NCBI GenBank assembly: GCA_002772605.1
Contig: PFDS01000040.1
Span: 14,862 to 78,861, forward strand
DNA length: 64,000 bases
DNA from: Candidatus Peregrinibacteria bacterium CG10_big_fil_rev_8_21_14_0_10_49_16
GTDB lineage: Bacteria; Patescibacteriota; Gracilibacteria; Peribacterales; Peribacteraceae
Direction: 5' to 3'
A program made the translations under genes and the position numbers. This document shows, piece by piece, positions 1 to 9,855 of this stretch. The notes below the pieces were generated by a model, which was not told where the DNA came from, ran no database searches, and saw only the letters and a program-made list of their open reading frames with translations. Numbering within the stretch: the first letter of the stretch is position 1; every line of letters begins with the position of its first letter.

Positions 1-93
1 ACAGTCAACAGCTTGCCAATTTGTAAAAAAGCAAGGGTAAAGTCTCCAACAATGAACGAAAGTATGCTAGAATAGCATGAAGCCTTTGACAGG

Positions 94-120
94 CTAGCAC
101 TCTACATGCTAGAGTGCTAA
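94..120 (+). promoter_or_regulatory. CIRCE operator (HrcA binding site) upstream of clpC
   Basis: CTAGCACTC-N9-GAGTGCTAA; 1 mismatch to the consensus TTAGCACTC-N9-GAGTGCTAA; ends 19 nt before the ATG. Confidence 0.93.
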
Positions 121-139
121 CTCTCCCCTCTCATCACAT

Positions 140-2746
140 ATGCACCCATTCGACCGGTTTACACCCAATGCAAAACTCGCGCTACAAATAGCAGAACAAG
201 AAGCGAAGACGATGAAGAGCCCTTATATTGGCACAGAACATCTGCTTCTTGGACTGCTCAGTATTCCCAAATCACTCGGCTTTTCGATTTTTACTGGCGC
301 AGGCGTGACACTGGAAAATGCTCGCATCCTGCTGAAGGCAACAAAATCCAATGACATTGAAGGTCAGCATGTGAAACATGGCCTTTCTGTTTTTCTCCAT
401 AATGTTATCGAACAAGCGGTTATAACAGCACATAAGTACCGACACACAAATGTAGGTACAGAACACCTTGTGCATGCACTCGTATCCACAGAAAAAAATG
501 CAGCAACCATTCTCCTGGAAAACATGCAGGTAGACTCCGAAGAGTTACGAACACGCGTCGAAGAAATGTTTGGGCAAATTAGCCAGTTCCGTCAACAAAG
601 CAAAAACATTGAGCAATCACTTGAGGCATTTTTCCATGGTCTGCAGGGTGCAATGGCAGGTATGTCAACAGGAATGGCGGGAATGGGCGATCCTGAAGGA
701 TTAAAAAAGAAGAAAAATACCAAAAGCAAAACCCCAGTACTCGATTACTTCACAGACGATCTCATCGTAAAGGCCAAGGAAAAGAAGATCGATCCTGTTA
801 TCGGTCGAGACAAAGAAATTGAACGTGTCATTCATATTTTAAGTCGAAAAACCAAGAATAATCCTATTCTTATTGGTGAACCTGGCGTTGGAAAAACAGC
901 AATTGTTGAAGGACTTGCGCAAAAAATATCACAAGGAACTGTACCGCGTTCACTCAAAAACAAACGCGTGCTCCTTCTCAATATGGGTGCTCTGGTCGCA
1001 GGAACAAAATATCGCGGAGAGTTTGAACAACGCTTCGAAGATATTATTAAAGAAGCCACGCAAGAAGATACGAACATCATTTTGTTCATTGATGAGATGC
1101 ACACCATTGTTGGTGCAGGATCGGCAGAAGGATCATTAGATGCAGCAAATATTCTAAAACCCGCATTAAGCAGAGGCATTCTCCAAGTTATTGGAGCAAC
1201 AACAACAGACGAATTTCGTACTATCGAAAAGGATCGAGCACTGGCAAGGCGCTTGCAGTCCATCTTAGTAGAAGAACCGAGCGTCGAAGATACACTCAAA
1301 ATCTTAAGAGGAATAAAAGAGGCCTTTGAAAACTTCCACGCAATTACTATTTCCGACGAAGCATTAGAAGCTGCTGTCCAATTCAGTAAACGATACATCA
1401 ATGAACGCTTTCTCCCAGACAAGGCTATCGACGTTCTCGACGAAGCGGCTGCAGGAAAGAAAATTATGCATGCGGAAGAAGAACCGGAAATTCGTAGTAT
1501 TGATGAACATATTGAAGAGCTCATTCAAAAACAGCAAAAGGCTGTGCGCTCCCAAAAGTACCACCTTGCACTGAAATTAAAACAAGAACAGCAACTGTTA
1601 AAAGAAAAGAAGCAACGTCTTATAGACATGCGTGATGGTGACCGTCGTACACCAATTAGTATTTCCAGTGATGACATTGCCGCAGTCATTAGTCGCTCCA
1701 CGGGTATCCCCGTTACCAAACTGCTTCGTTCTGAGGCAAAGCGACTGACGAATCTGGAAGGACAATTGCGCAAATATGTGATTGGTCAAGATGATGCAAT
1801 TAAAAAAGTAGCACGTGCGATACGACGTAGCCGTGTAGGAATTGGTGATATCAAGCGTCCTATCGGCTCCTTCCTCTTTCTCGGGCCTACGGGTGTTGGA
1901 AAAACAGAATTAGTTCGCACTGTCGCACGCGAAGTATTCAACCGAGAAGATGCATTGATCAAAATTGACATGTCAGAATTCATGGAAAGACACAATGTAT
2001 CCCGCTTAATTGGAACAACCGCCGGATATATAGGATACGAAGAAGGTGGACAGTTGACAGAAATGGTACGACGAAAACCCTACTCAGTTGTTCTGTTCGA
2101 TGAAGTGGAAAAAGCACACCCAGAGTTCTTCAACCTCCTGCTCCAAATTTTGGAAGATGGTTTGCTGACTGACGGCCAAGGCAATACTGTCGACTTTACG
2201 AATACGGTCATTATCATGACGAGTAACATCGGAGCTGAAAAGCTCACAAAACAAGCAGGAAAGATTGGCTTTAAATTAGAAGATGAAGCACGTGATGAAG
2301 AACAACAGTATGAACATCAGTGCAATGAAGTCCTTACTGAACTCAAAGATCAACTCCGACCAGAGTTTCTCAATCGTATTGACCATATTGTCATCTTCAA
2401 TGCACTTAACCAAGAACATATCAGAAAGATTGTCAAGAATCAGCTAGCATACCTCAACGAGCGCCTGCACACGCAGGGCTATGACCTGCAGGTGGACCAA
2501 AAAGTGGTTAACCTTCTTGCAACGGAAGGCTTTGACCCGGAGTACGGCGCCCGCCCCGTACGTCGTGTTATTCAACAGCGTATTGAAGACGAAATTGCAG
2601 AACACATTCTAAAAGGCGTATTCCAGCCTGGAGATTGTATTTCTGTCATCAAGAAGAACAATGATCAACTCGACTTCCTTCCTAAAGTAAAAAAAGAAAA
2701 TAATAAAGAGAAAAAATCAAGTACTCTGGCTATCAAAGAAAACTGA
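140..2746 (+). CDS. clpC: ATP-dependent Clp protease ATP-binding subunit ClpC
   Basis: Clp-N repeats (GTEHLL), two AAA+ modules (GEPGVGKT, GPTGVGKT), UVR-like coiled coil, GARP motif. Confidence 0.93.
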   Translation: MHPFDRFTPNAKLALQIAEQEAKTMKSPYIGTEHLLLGLLSIPKSLGFSIFTGAGVTLENARILLKATKSNDIEGQHVKHGLSVFLHNVIEQAVITAHKYRHTNVGTEHLVHALVSTEKNAATILLENMQVDSEELRTRVEEMFGQISQFRQQSKNIEQSLEAFFHGLQGAMAGMSTGMAGMGDPEGLKKKKNTKSKTPVLDYFTDDLIVKAKEKKIDPVIGRDKEIERVIHILSRKTKNNPILIGEPGVGKTAIVEGLAQKISQGTVPRSLKNKRVLLLNMGALVAGTKYRGEFEQRFEDIIKEATQEDTNIILFIDEMHTIVGAGSAEGSLDAANILKPALSRGILQVIGATTTDEFRTIEKDRALARRLQSILVEEPSVEDTLKILRGIKEAFENFHAITISDEALEAAVQFSKRYINERFLPDKAIDVLDEAAAGKKIMHAEEEPEIRSIDEHIEELIQKQQKAVRSQKYHLALKLKQEQQLLKEKKQRLIDMRDGDRRTPISISSDDIAAVISRSTGIPVTKLLRSEAKRLTNLEGQLRKYVIGQDDAIKKVARAIRRSRVGIGDIKRPIGSFLFLGPTGVGKTELVRTVAREVFNREDALIKIDMSEFMERHNVSRLIGTTAGYIGYEEGGQLTEMVRRKPYSVVLFDEVEKAHPEFFNLLLQILEDGLLTDGQGNTVDFTNTVIIMTSNIGAEKLTKQAGKIGFKLEDEARDEEQQYEHQCNEVLTELKDQLRPEFLNRIDHIVIFNALNQEHIRKIVKNQLAYLNERLHTQGYDLQVDQKVVNLLATEGFDPEYGARPVRRVIQQRIEDEIAEHILKGVFQPGDCISVIKKNNDQLDFLPKVKKENNKEKKSSTLAIKEN

Positions 2747-2789
2747 GTGCGAATAGGAAAAGGGTAGGTTTTCTGGTACAATGAACTGA

Positions 2790-3287
2790 ATGCCTATCGA
2801 AGCAGTCAAAATCCCGCAGAATGTCTACATTGAGGACCGTATTATCGGCCCCATCACACTGAAACAACTGATTCTCTCAGTGATTGGTAGCGGCATTAGT
2901 TATCTTCTGTGGACCGGATTCAGCAAGGCTTATGGCGATCAAGGAGTAAGTATTCCCTTGATCATCATTAGTATCATACCCGCTGTCATCTTCATGGCGT
3001 TTGCATTTGTGAAAGTCAATGATCTGTCACTCATGCGTATTACGCTCCTCTCTTTTGAACGCGTGGTCAAACCATCTATACGCATATGGACCCCTCGTGC
3101 CGGCGTGCCATTGAGCTTCACCAGCATCACACACGTCTCCAAAAATACACAGCAAGAAAAAGACATACAAAAGAAAGGAAAACTATCTGCAGAAGAATTG
3201 AGCTCAATTTTAGACACTCCTACTATACAAGATACACCCCTGCCTACCCAAAACAGGATCAATACTCCTCCCACTAAAACGTCATGA
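2790..3287 (+). CDS. PrgI family membrane protein
   Basis: N-terminal IPQNVYIEDRIIGPITLKQL followed by two TM helices. Confidence 0.75.
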   Translation: MPIEAVKIPQNVYIEDRIIGPITLKQLILSVIGSGISYLLWTGFSKAYGDQGVSIPLIIISIIPAVIFMAFAFVKVNDLSLMRITLLSFERVVKPSIRIWTPRAGVPLSFTSITHVSKNTQQEKDIQKKGKLSAEELSSILDTPTIQDTPLPTQNRINTPPTKTS

Positions 3288-4027
3288 GCCCCGCCGACAC
3301 AAAATCAGAGACACCTGAAAAAAAAGCACCGAGTACTGTGCGCAAACGCAAGTCACAACAAGTGAATGCCACGCAACGATACCTTCCTATCGGAGAAATC
3401 CGTAATGACACGATATCACTAAAAAATGGAGGCCTGCGTGCTGTACTTCAAGTTGAAGCAATAAACTTTAACCTGAAGAGTGAAACGGAGCAGGAAGCTA
3501 TCATTGCCGGCTACGGATCATTCGTCAATACACTCTCCTTCCCCGTTCAAATCATCGTACGTTCAACGCATATCAATATTGATAGCTATCTCAAATACCT
3601 CCAGGGAAAAGCACAAGAGCAAACGAATGAACTGCTTCAAGAACAAACATTTGCCTATATCGCGTTCATTAACCGTCTTCTTGAAGTGTCAGACATTATG
3701 CAAAAGCGCTTTTATGTCATCGTCCCTTACGATAAAAGCGAGCGTAAAAAAACACTACTGGAAAAATTCTTCGATTGGTTGCACCCGGAAGACTCTGTTG
3801 GAAAAGCTGCCCAGAGATTTCGAGAGTTCAATCAATTCGTCAAAAAACTTAATGAGCGTGTGGAGCTTATTGAAGCAGGACTGGGCAACATCGGACTCCA
3901 TACGAGCCGCTTACGCACCCGAGAGCTTATCGACCTCTATTACAACATCTACAATCCAGAAACTAGCCAACGGCAGAAAATTCCTGAAAATCTTGAAGAT
4001 CTAAAAATGGATGACACAACATTGTAG
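3284..4027 (+). CDS. TraC/VirB4 N-terminal-like protein (CPR-type T4SS-like component)
   Basis: INFNLKSETEQEAII and KRFYVIVPY motifs; ATGA overlap with the PrgI gene; no Walker A. Confidence 0.6.
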   Translation: MSPADTKSETPEKKAPSTVRKRKSQQVNATQRYLPIGEIRNDTISLKNGGLRAVLQVEAINFNLKSETEQEAIIAGYGSFVNTLSFPVQIIVRSTHINIDSYLKYLQGKAQEQTNELLQEQTFAYIAFINRLLEVSDIMQKRFYVIVPYDKSERKKTLLEKFFDWLHPEDSVGKAAQRFREFNQFVKKLNERVELIEAGLGNIGLHTSRLRTRELIDLYYNIYNPETSQRQKIPENLEDLKMDDTTL

Positions 4028-4144
4028 ATCGACTTTGACAAATATAACAAGAGGTGGGAAAATAAGAACGCAATGTGTTGCTCGTGCAAGGACACATGCA
4101 CATACTGTTTTCTCTATTTTTTTCCACTTGCACCTTCCTTTTCT

Positions 4145-5482
4145 ATGCCAATCCTTCAAGAAAATGCCACAATGGAGCAGCTACTCAAAGACTCCCCTCC
4201 TATTTTACATGCACGCCCTGGGGAACTTCTCGAAGGAACTGTTGTATTCAAAGGAAAAAATAAACTACTGCTCGACTTACAAGGAGTGGCAACAGGCATC
4301 GTTTCCGGACGAGAGCTGAGGGATTCCTTCAACACATTTCGCACTATTACCGTTGGCGACCCACTCAACGCGCTAGTCTTGGAAGAAGAAAATGATGAAG
4401 GGTTGGTGGTGATGAGTTTGCGTATGGCAAGCCAGCAAAAGGCATGGGATCGCTTCCACGATCTTATTTCAGAAAATCACACAATGCACTTCATAGCCCA
4501 GGAAGCAAACAAGGGAGGCCTGCTCGCCAACATGGACGGTATCCGCACTTTCCTGCCAGTAAGCCAACTGGCTCCTGTTCATTATCCACGTGTTAATAAC
4601 GCAGATTCTGTCGAAATTATGCAACGTTTACAGAAATACATCGGACATACATTCACGGTAAAAATCATTACCATGGATGAAGAAGCAGGAAAAATCGTCG
4701 TATCGGAACGAGAGGCAATGGCAGAAGAACGGGCAAAAGCATTGGAAAGTTTGAAAGTAGGTGATGTGAAAGAAGGCATGGTGAGTGGCATAGCCAAATT
4801 TGGACTATTCGTGACATTCGAGGGGCTGGAAGGCTTGGTACATATTTCAGAAATTGCATGGGGACACGTGAAAAACCCTACAGAACATGCACAAACTGGC
4901 GATAAGGTCACCGTGAAAGTTATTGGCGTTGATGGCGACAAACTGAGTCTCAGCATGAAACAACTCACGCGCGATCCCTGGGAAGCTGTCGCAGAGAGAT
5001 ATCCTGTTGGAAAACGCGTTCAGGGCTCTGTCGTACGTTTCGCAGATTACGGTGCATTCGTACGGTTGGAAAAAGATATTAATGGACTGATTCACCTGTC
5101 TGAACTGGCTCACCACAAAGTAACTGATCCATCGGAAGTGCTCACCATTGGCCAAAAAGTCGAAGCACAGGTCATTAATATCGATATCGATGAGCGACGT
5201 ATTGGCCTTTCAACCAAAGCGCTACAACCCATTGATAAAGCAACGCTAGAGAAACTCAAACAGGAACTCGAGTCTAAACAAGAAGAAGTAAAGAAAAAAG
5301 AAGAAAAGAAAACCCCTGCCATACAGGAAGCACTTCCTCTTGAGGAAGCACAATTTGTCGCATCCAAAACAGGAAAGAAATACTATGCTCTCGATTCTGC
5401 TCAAGGAAAAAAGATCAAAGAAGAAAACCGAGTGTACTTCAAAAATGAGAAGGAGGCTGAGAAAGCTGGATATGCGGCATAG
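4145..5482 (+). CDS. rpsA: 30S ribosomal protein S1-like (4 S1 domains) with C-terminal Ada-like domain
   Basis: Repeated S1 motifs (FGLFV..GLVHISE, YGAFV..GLIHLSE); start placed at MPILQ (4172 also possible). Confidence 0.85.
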   Translation: MPILQENATMEQLLKDSPPILHARPGELLEGTVVFKGKNKLLLDLQGVATGIVSGRELRDSFNTFRTITVGDPLNALVLEEENDEGLVVMSLRMASQQKAWDRFHDLISENHTMHFIAQEANKGGLLANMDGIRTFLPVSQLAPVHYPRVNNADSVEIMQRLQKYIGHTFTVKIITMDEEAGKIVVSEREAMAEERAKALESLKVGDVKEGMVSGIAKFGLFVTFEGLEGLVHISEIAWGHVKNPTEHAQTGDKVTVKVIGVDGDKLSLSMKQLTRDPWEAVAERYPVGKRVQGSVVRFADYGAFVRLEKDINGLIHLSELAHHKVTDPSEVLTIGQKVEAQVINIDIDERRIGLSTKALQPIDKATLEKLKQELESKQEEVKKKEEKKTPAIQEALPLEEAQFVASKTGKKYYALDSAQGKKIKEENRVYFKNEKEAEKAGYAA

Positions 5483-5500
5483 CATCTGTACACTGCAGAC

Positions 5501-6187
5501 ATGAAAGCAGTAATATTCGACTTTGACGGCGTCATTATTGATAGTGAACGTTATTGGGACAGAGAAATGGATACATTCGGCTTTCAACATGTCCCAGGAT
5601 GGAAAGCAGGAGACAATGCACGGTTATTCACCGGAAGAACACGTACAGGAGCGTATGAAGTGTTTTGCAAAGAATTTGGGAACATCTTTACCTATGCTGT
5701 CTTTTCAGCACATATGCAAGAAATGCAAGATCATATTCACTGCGAAAACATTCAAATGCTACCCGGTGTCCAAGACCTGCTTATGTGCCTACAGAAAGAT
5801 GGTATTCCGATTGGCATCGGCTCTTCATCTTCACGCACACTCATCGAAAAAACGTTGAATACGTTTTCCATGCGCCATTTTTTTACAACCATCTCTCCCG
5901 GTAACGAAGTAAAGCCAGCAGAAGGAAAACCAGCGCCTACCATCTACCTCAAAGTTGCGAGGGACTTAAACATTGCACCAGAGGAGTGCCTTGTGATTGA
6001 AGATTCGCAGAATGGTGTGCGTGCAGCAAAAGCTGCCAAGATGACCTGTATCGGTCTTCGGAACGGATGTAATCATATACAAGACCTCTCTGAAGCAGAT
6101 CATATCCTTGAAGGGTTCATACAGGTAACTACAGAAACTCTACGCACCATATACCACAGACACCAAATATCATCAGTGTGTTCTTAG
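5501..6187 (+). CDS. HAD family phosphatase (beta-PGM-like)
   Basis: DFDGVIIDSE, KPAP and IEDSQNG motifs. Confidence 0.9.
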   Translation: MKAVIFDFDGVIIDSERYWDREMDTFGFQHVPGWKAGDNARLFTGRTRTGAYEVFCKEFGNIFTYAVFSAHMQEMQDHIHCENIQMLPGVQDLLMCLQKDGIPIGIGSSSSRTLIEKTLNTFSMRHFFTTISPGNEVKPAEGKPAPTIYLKVARDLNIAPEECLVIEDSQNGVRAAKAAKMTCIGLRNGCNHIQDLSEADHILEGFIQVTTETLRTIYHRHQISSVCS

Positions 6188-6517
6188 CTCCTGATCTGAA
6201 AGAAAGTGTAAATGGAGATAATAGACTTGCTGTCCACCTCCTTTTCCTACATGAAAAGTCAATTTGTAACCATCAACTCCCTTTTCTTTTGCAAACTGCT
6301 GCGCTTTCGCAATGAGCATGCCGGGAACATGTCGTGTAGCCTCTGTGCAATCTGCAATAGAAGCAACAATATCTTCCTCCTTCTGCGGGATAAAGAGAAG
6401 GTGTGTTTTCGCACACGGATGAATATCCCGAAACACTAATACGTCTGCATCCTCATAGACAATATCTGCCGGAATCTCGCGATCCCTGATTTTATGAAAA
6501 ACTGTTCGATCAGACAT
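6173..6517 (-). CDS. HIT domain protein
   Basis: FHKIRDREIPADIVYED, DIHP, GQQVYYLHLH (first His of the triad is Tyr). Confidence 0.88.
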   Translation of the reverse strand: MSDRTVFHKIRDREIPADIVYEDADVLVFRDIHPCAKTHLLFIPQKEEDIVASIADCTEATRHVPGMLIAKAQQFAKEKGVDGYKLTFHVGKGGGQQVYYLHLHFLSDQELRTH

Positions 6518-6631
6518 ACCACTCAGATTGAAGCAGAAACACAAAAAACAAAAGTGCTTATAAATGCTGATGAATGTATTTTACGGAGAAAATCTTGCAT
6601 TTTAAGCTTAAAAAGGGGAAAATAGTAAAGA

Positions 6632-7147
6632 ATGGTCACGAAAAAAACTCCGGAACAACTACCCAAAAAGGGAGTTGAGGCCCCACCCCCAGCGCAACTG
6701 GAAAGAACTCCGGTGACGCAACCCGTTCAACAGAAAAACCTCGAGAGTCTTCTACTAGCCATCGAATCGATCACCACACCACCAGAAACGGTAGGAGAAG
6801 ACAGCTCCGCAGATCTTGGAGGCGGTGGGGGCAAACACATGCAGAAGACATCAGATGGAAAACCCAAAAAACACGTGACTCGAGATGAAGCAATTGCAAA
6901 CCTTCCCTCTCAAGAAGCCATGCAAAAGCAACTGAAAAGACACATTGAGAAAGAAGTAAAAGACCTGCGCAAACAGGCAAAAAAAATGATCTTAGGCAAA
7001 AGACCAGGAGCCGCCGATAAGCTCAACAAGCTCTATGCACGCATGCGCAAGCTGAATGGTCTTCTGACGGAACTCCTCAGCGCATCCTACGACATGATCA
7101 AACGCTTCTTTGTTAAAGTATTTATTGATAAACAGCCAATTCTCTAA
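6632..7147 (+). CDS. hypothetical protein
   Basis: 171-aa ORF, low-complexity N-terminus and helical C-terminus; fills the gap between neighbouring genes. Confidence 0.65.
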   Translation: MVTKKTPEQLPKKGVEAPPPAQLERTPVTQPVQQKNLESLLLAIESITTPPETVGEDSSADLGGGGGKHMQKTSDGKPKKHVTRDEAIANLPSQEAMQKQLKRHIEKEVKDLRKQAKKMILGKRPGAADKLNKLYARMRKLNGLLTELLSASYDMIKRFFVKVFIDKQPIL

Positions 7148-7150
7148 GTG

Positions 7151-7399
7151 TCATTTTTTCTTTTTTCCTCTCTCGAGGGATGCGGTTTTTTCCACTTGCC
7201 CTGCTACCCATTCCAAAATGGTATCTACCATATTGAGAGGCTTGATCACAACCGATTCTAACTCTGCAGTGACGCTCTCAATGCGTCGGATGACCTTACG
7301 CAAATTGACCACAATAAACAGAACGTGGTACAACACAACAATAATTAGTACTCCAACTACAACATACACACCTGTCAACAATTCTGACGACTCAATCAT
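7151..7399 (-). CDS. small membrane-anchored coiled-coil protein (DUF948-like)
   Basis: One N-terminal TM helix then a helical segment. Confidence 0.6.
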   Translation of the reverse strand: MIESSELLTGVYVVVGVLIIVVLYHVLFIVVNLRKVIRRIESVTAELESVVIKPLNMVDTILEWVAGQVEKTASLERGKKKK

Positions 7400-7426
7400 G
7401 TACGATACAGAGTATCGTCAATTGCT

Positions 7427-7717
7427 ATGATGCGCAATCTTCTACGCCATATCTGGTACCTACCCCGCAACCTCATTGTTGCAGGCATCACCCTATATCA
7501 AAAAACCCTTTCCCCTGATCACGGTCCATTGCACCCTCTCTATCCGTACGGCTACTGCAGGCATCACCCAACATGCTCCGAATACGGAAAACAGGCAGTA
7601 CAGAAACATGGATGCATTCTTGGACTGCTCCTCATTATACGTCGCCTCCTCACTTGCCATCCCTGGCAAACGCCATCACAAGAAAGGATACATATGCTTC
7701 TTATGGATCAAGGTTAA
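7427..7717 (+). CDS. yidD: membrane protein insertion efficiency factor YidD
   Basis: YQKTLSP, CRHHPTCSEY and CHPW motifs. Confidence 0.9.
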   Translation: MMRNLLRHIWYLPRNLIVAGITLYQKTLSPDHGPLHPLYPYGYCRHHPTCSEYGKQAVQKHGCILGLLLIIRRLLTCHPWQTPSQERIHMLLMDQG

Positions 7718-7983
7718 CGTTTCCTAGTCTTCTCTGCCTTACTCTTCAACTCCGCCCACATTCTTCTTACCCATGGCAAAGATAGCGTTGAAATAGTGTA
7801 GCCTCCTGTGGGAACCAAGGCTGATAAGTAGAAACCTTCAATGCCGATTTGCCAAAGAAACACACAGGCAGTGATATAGGTAATGCCTGCAATAATGCCC
7901 CTCCTCGTGAGACTGGTTTCCCACGCTTTTTCCATTTCCACACGCTTATTGCGCTCAAGGATTTTGAAAATCTGTTCCTCCAT
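7714..7983 (-). CDS. small conserved membrane protein
   Basis: ERNKRVEMEKAWETS followed by two hydrophobic helices. Confidence 0.65.
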   Translation of the reverse strand: MEEQIFKILERNKRVEMEKAWETSLTRRGIIAGITYITACVFLWQIGIEGFYLSALVPTGGYTISTLSLPWVRRMWAELKSKAEKTRKR

Positions 7984-8015
7984 ACAAAACAAAGTCTATC
8001 AGAAATACTCTGAGC

Positions 8016-8741
8016 TTATGGCAGTAACAGAAACTTACATCCAACCACAGAAAGGAAAACCGCTATTACTATACGAAATGCTTTTTCAGACACATAACCA
8101 ACGACCTTCTTGGCTAACCAAGCGCCTACAAAAGACAACGGCAAAAGTACGATCATACCATACCAGAGTTTCATCGGGAGATTCACATTTCCAACCCCAT
8201 AGGCAATAAGACGAATCGAATCGGTCATAAATGCAATTGCTCCTGCCGTAAAGATGTAGACGTGCTTTGGAAGATCGAATGCTGCCAGAAACGCACCGCG
8301 TACGGCACCACCCACCCCAAAGATTCCAGCCATGAACCCCGATGCGACACCTCCAGTAACTGCGGTTGCAGTGGTCTTTGGTAATTTCCATGATGAATGG
8401 AAAAGCAGGAAGAATGTGTAGATAATAAGCGCTGCGCCAAGAATGCGCAGCAGTAACACAGGATCTGTTTCAAGTGTCAGTCTGGCGCCAAGGTATGCAG
8501 CAAGAACGCTGGGCACTCCGAAGAGAAGAAGGAGATTCCACGTTGCTCCTTTGCGAAACAACAACATCTTCCACATATCGCCGACCCAGTGGATGATGCC
8601 GACAAGTAAGAGTGTTTGTGGTAGTGGGTACCAGAAGAGAAGGACGGGGATCATGATGGTGGATGTTCCGAATCCCGTCATAGTTCCAACGGCAGATGCA
8701 ATGAGTGTAAGTGCGGCAATTGCTAGAATTTCAGTAGGCAT
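8016..8741 (-). CDS. sulfite exporter TauE/SafE family protein
   Basis: About 8 TM helices with repeated GxxGxG motifs (GTMTGFG, GIFGVGG). Confidence 0.85.
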   Translation of the reverse strand: MPTEILAIAALTLIASAVGTMTGFGTSTIMIPVLLFWYPLPQTLLLVGIIHWVGDMWKMLLFRKGATWNLLLLFGVPSVLAAYLGARLTLETDPVLLLRILGAALIIYTFFLLFHSSWKLPKTTATAVTGGVASGFMAGIFGVGGAVRGAFLAAFDLPKHVYIFTAGAIAFMTDSIRLIAYGVGNVNLPMKLWYGMIVLLPLSFVGAWLAKKVVGYVSEKAFRIVIAVFLSVVGCKFLLLP

Positions 8742-8816
8742 TGTCCCATCAATCTAGAGCTTTTGCAGTCATGAAACTAGGATGTGTTGTCCATATATGA
8801 GGTATAGTAGATCTCT

Positions 8817-9707
8817 ATGAGTTGGATTCCTTTTGCGCTCATTGCCCCATTTTTTTGGGCTTCATCTAATTTTGTAGATAAATATATTCTGGAAAAGCAC
8901 ATAAAAGGAATCTTTGATTTTCTCTTTTTCTCTACAATCAGCAGTTGGTTATTCACAGTAGTTATTTTGCTCGTTATAGGAATACCAGAATGGAGCGTAT
9001 TTTCTTGGATTCCCATTGCCACGGGCATGGTTCTTGTCTATTCCTATGGCTTCTATGGAAAAGCATTGGAACTAGGCGAGACATCCCGCCTAGTCATCCT
9101 ATTCAAACTCGTGCCCGTATTCACTGTTATTCTAGCTTTTCTATTTTTACAACAAACTCTCTCTCCGCATGAAGTTGTTGGTTTTATGATCGTTTTATGT
9201 GGTGCGATGATCGTATCACTGGAAAGAACTAAGGGGTTATTCACCAAGGGACTTGGGATGATTCTCATTGCCATTCTTATTTGGTCCATCATGACGCTCT
9301 TTGTGGATTTCGGACTGACCAAGATGTCTTTTTGGGAATACCTCCTTCTGGATAACCTCGGATCAGCACTAGCGGGACCAACATTATGTATTATCCCCTC
9401 AATCCGAAAACAGGTTCTCCATGGGATCAAGACAGCAAATCTTGGTAAATATGCCTGCTTTACCTGGAATAATCTTACAGATTTCCTCGGTCAGCTCATG
9501 TTCAAGAAAGCTCTGGTACTTGCTCCGTCTGCCGGCTTAGTAACAGTTGTAGTTCAAGTACAATCCTTCTATTCGATAAGTATCGGCGTGCTGCTTACGC
9601 TCTTCTTACCGCATCTCATTACAGAAGACATCTCTTATCGTACTTTGATAAAAAAGCTCTTTGGAGCTCTGATCATGTTCTCTGGCGTGTACGTTCTGCT
9701 AGTTTAG
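8817..9707 (+). CDS. EamA/DMT family transporter
   Basis: About 10 TM helices with an internal two-domain repeat. Confidence 0.8.
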   Translation: MSWIPFALIAPFFWASSNFVDKYILEKHIKGIFDFLFFSTISSWLFTVVILLVIGIPEWSVFSWIPIATGMVLVYSYGFYGKALELGETSRLVILFKLVPVFTVILAFLFLQQTLSPHEVVGFMIVLCGAMIVSLERTKGLFTKGLGMILIAILIWSIMTLFVDFGLTKMSFWEYLLLDNLGSALAGPTLCIIPSIRKQVLHGIKTANLGKYACFTWNNLTDFLGQLMFKKALVLAPSAGLVTVVVQVQSFYSISIGVLLTLFLPHLITEDISYRTLIKKLFGALIMFSGVYVLLV

Positions 9708-9766
9708 AACTTTGTTATATGTTCGCGTACCATTTAGCGAGCAGTAACCGTCCACTAGAAGAAATG

Positions 9767-9841
9767 TGGAGCGGGTAACGGGAATCGAACCCGTATGTTC
9801 AGCTTGGAAGGCTGACGTACTAGCCATTGTACTATACCCGC
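9767..9841 (-). tRNA. tRNA-Gly (TCC)
   Basis: GCGGGTATAGTACAATGG...TCAGC-CTTCCAA-GCTGA...GGTTCGATTCC...CCGCTCCA; cloverleaf with encoded CCA. Confidence 0.97.
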
Positions 9842-9855
9842 CTGCTTCCTATAGC

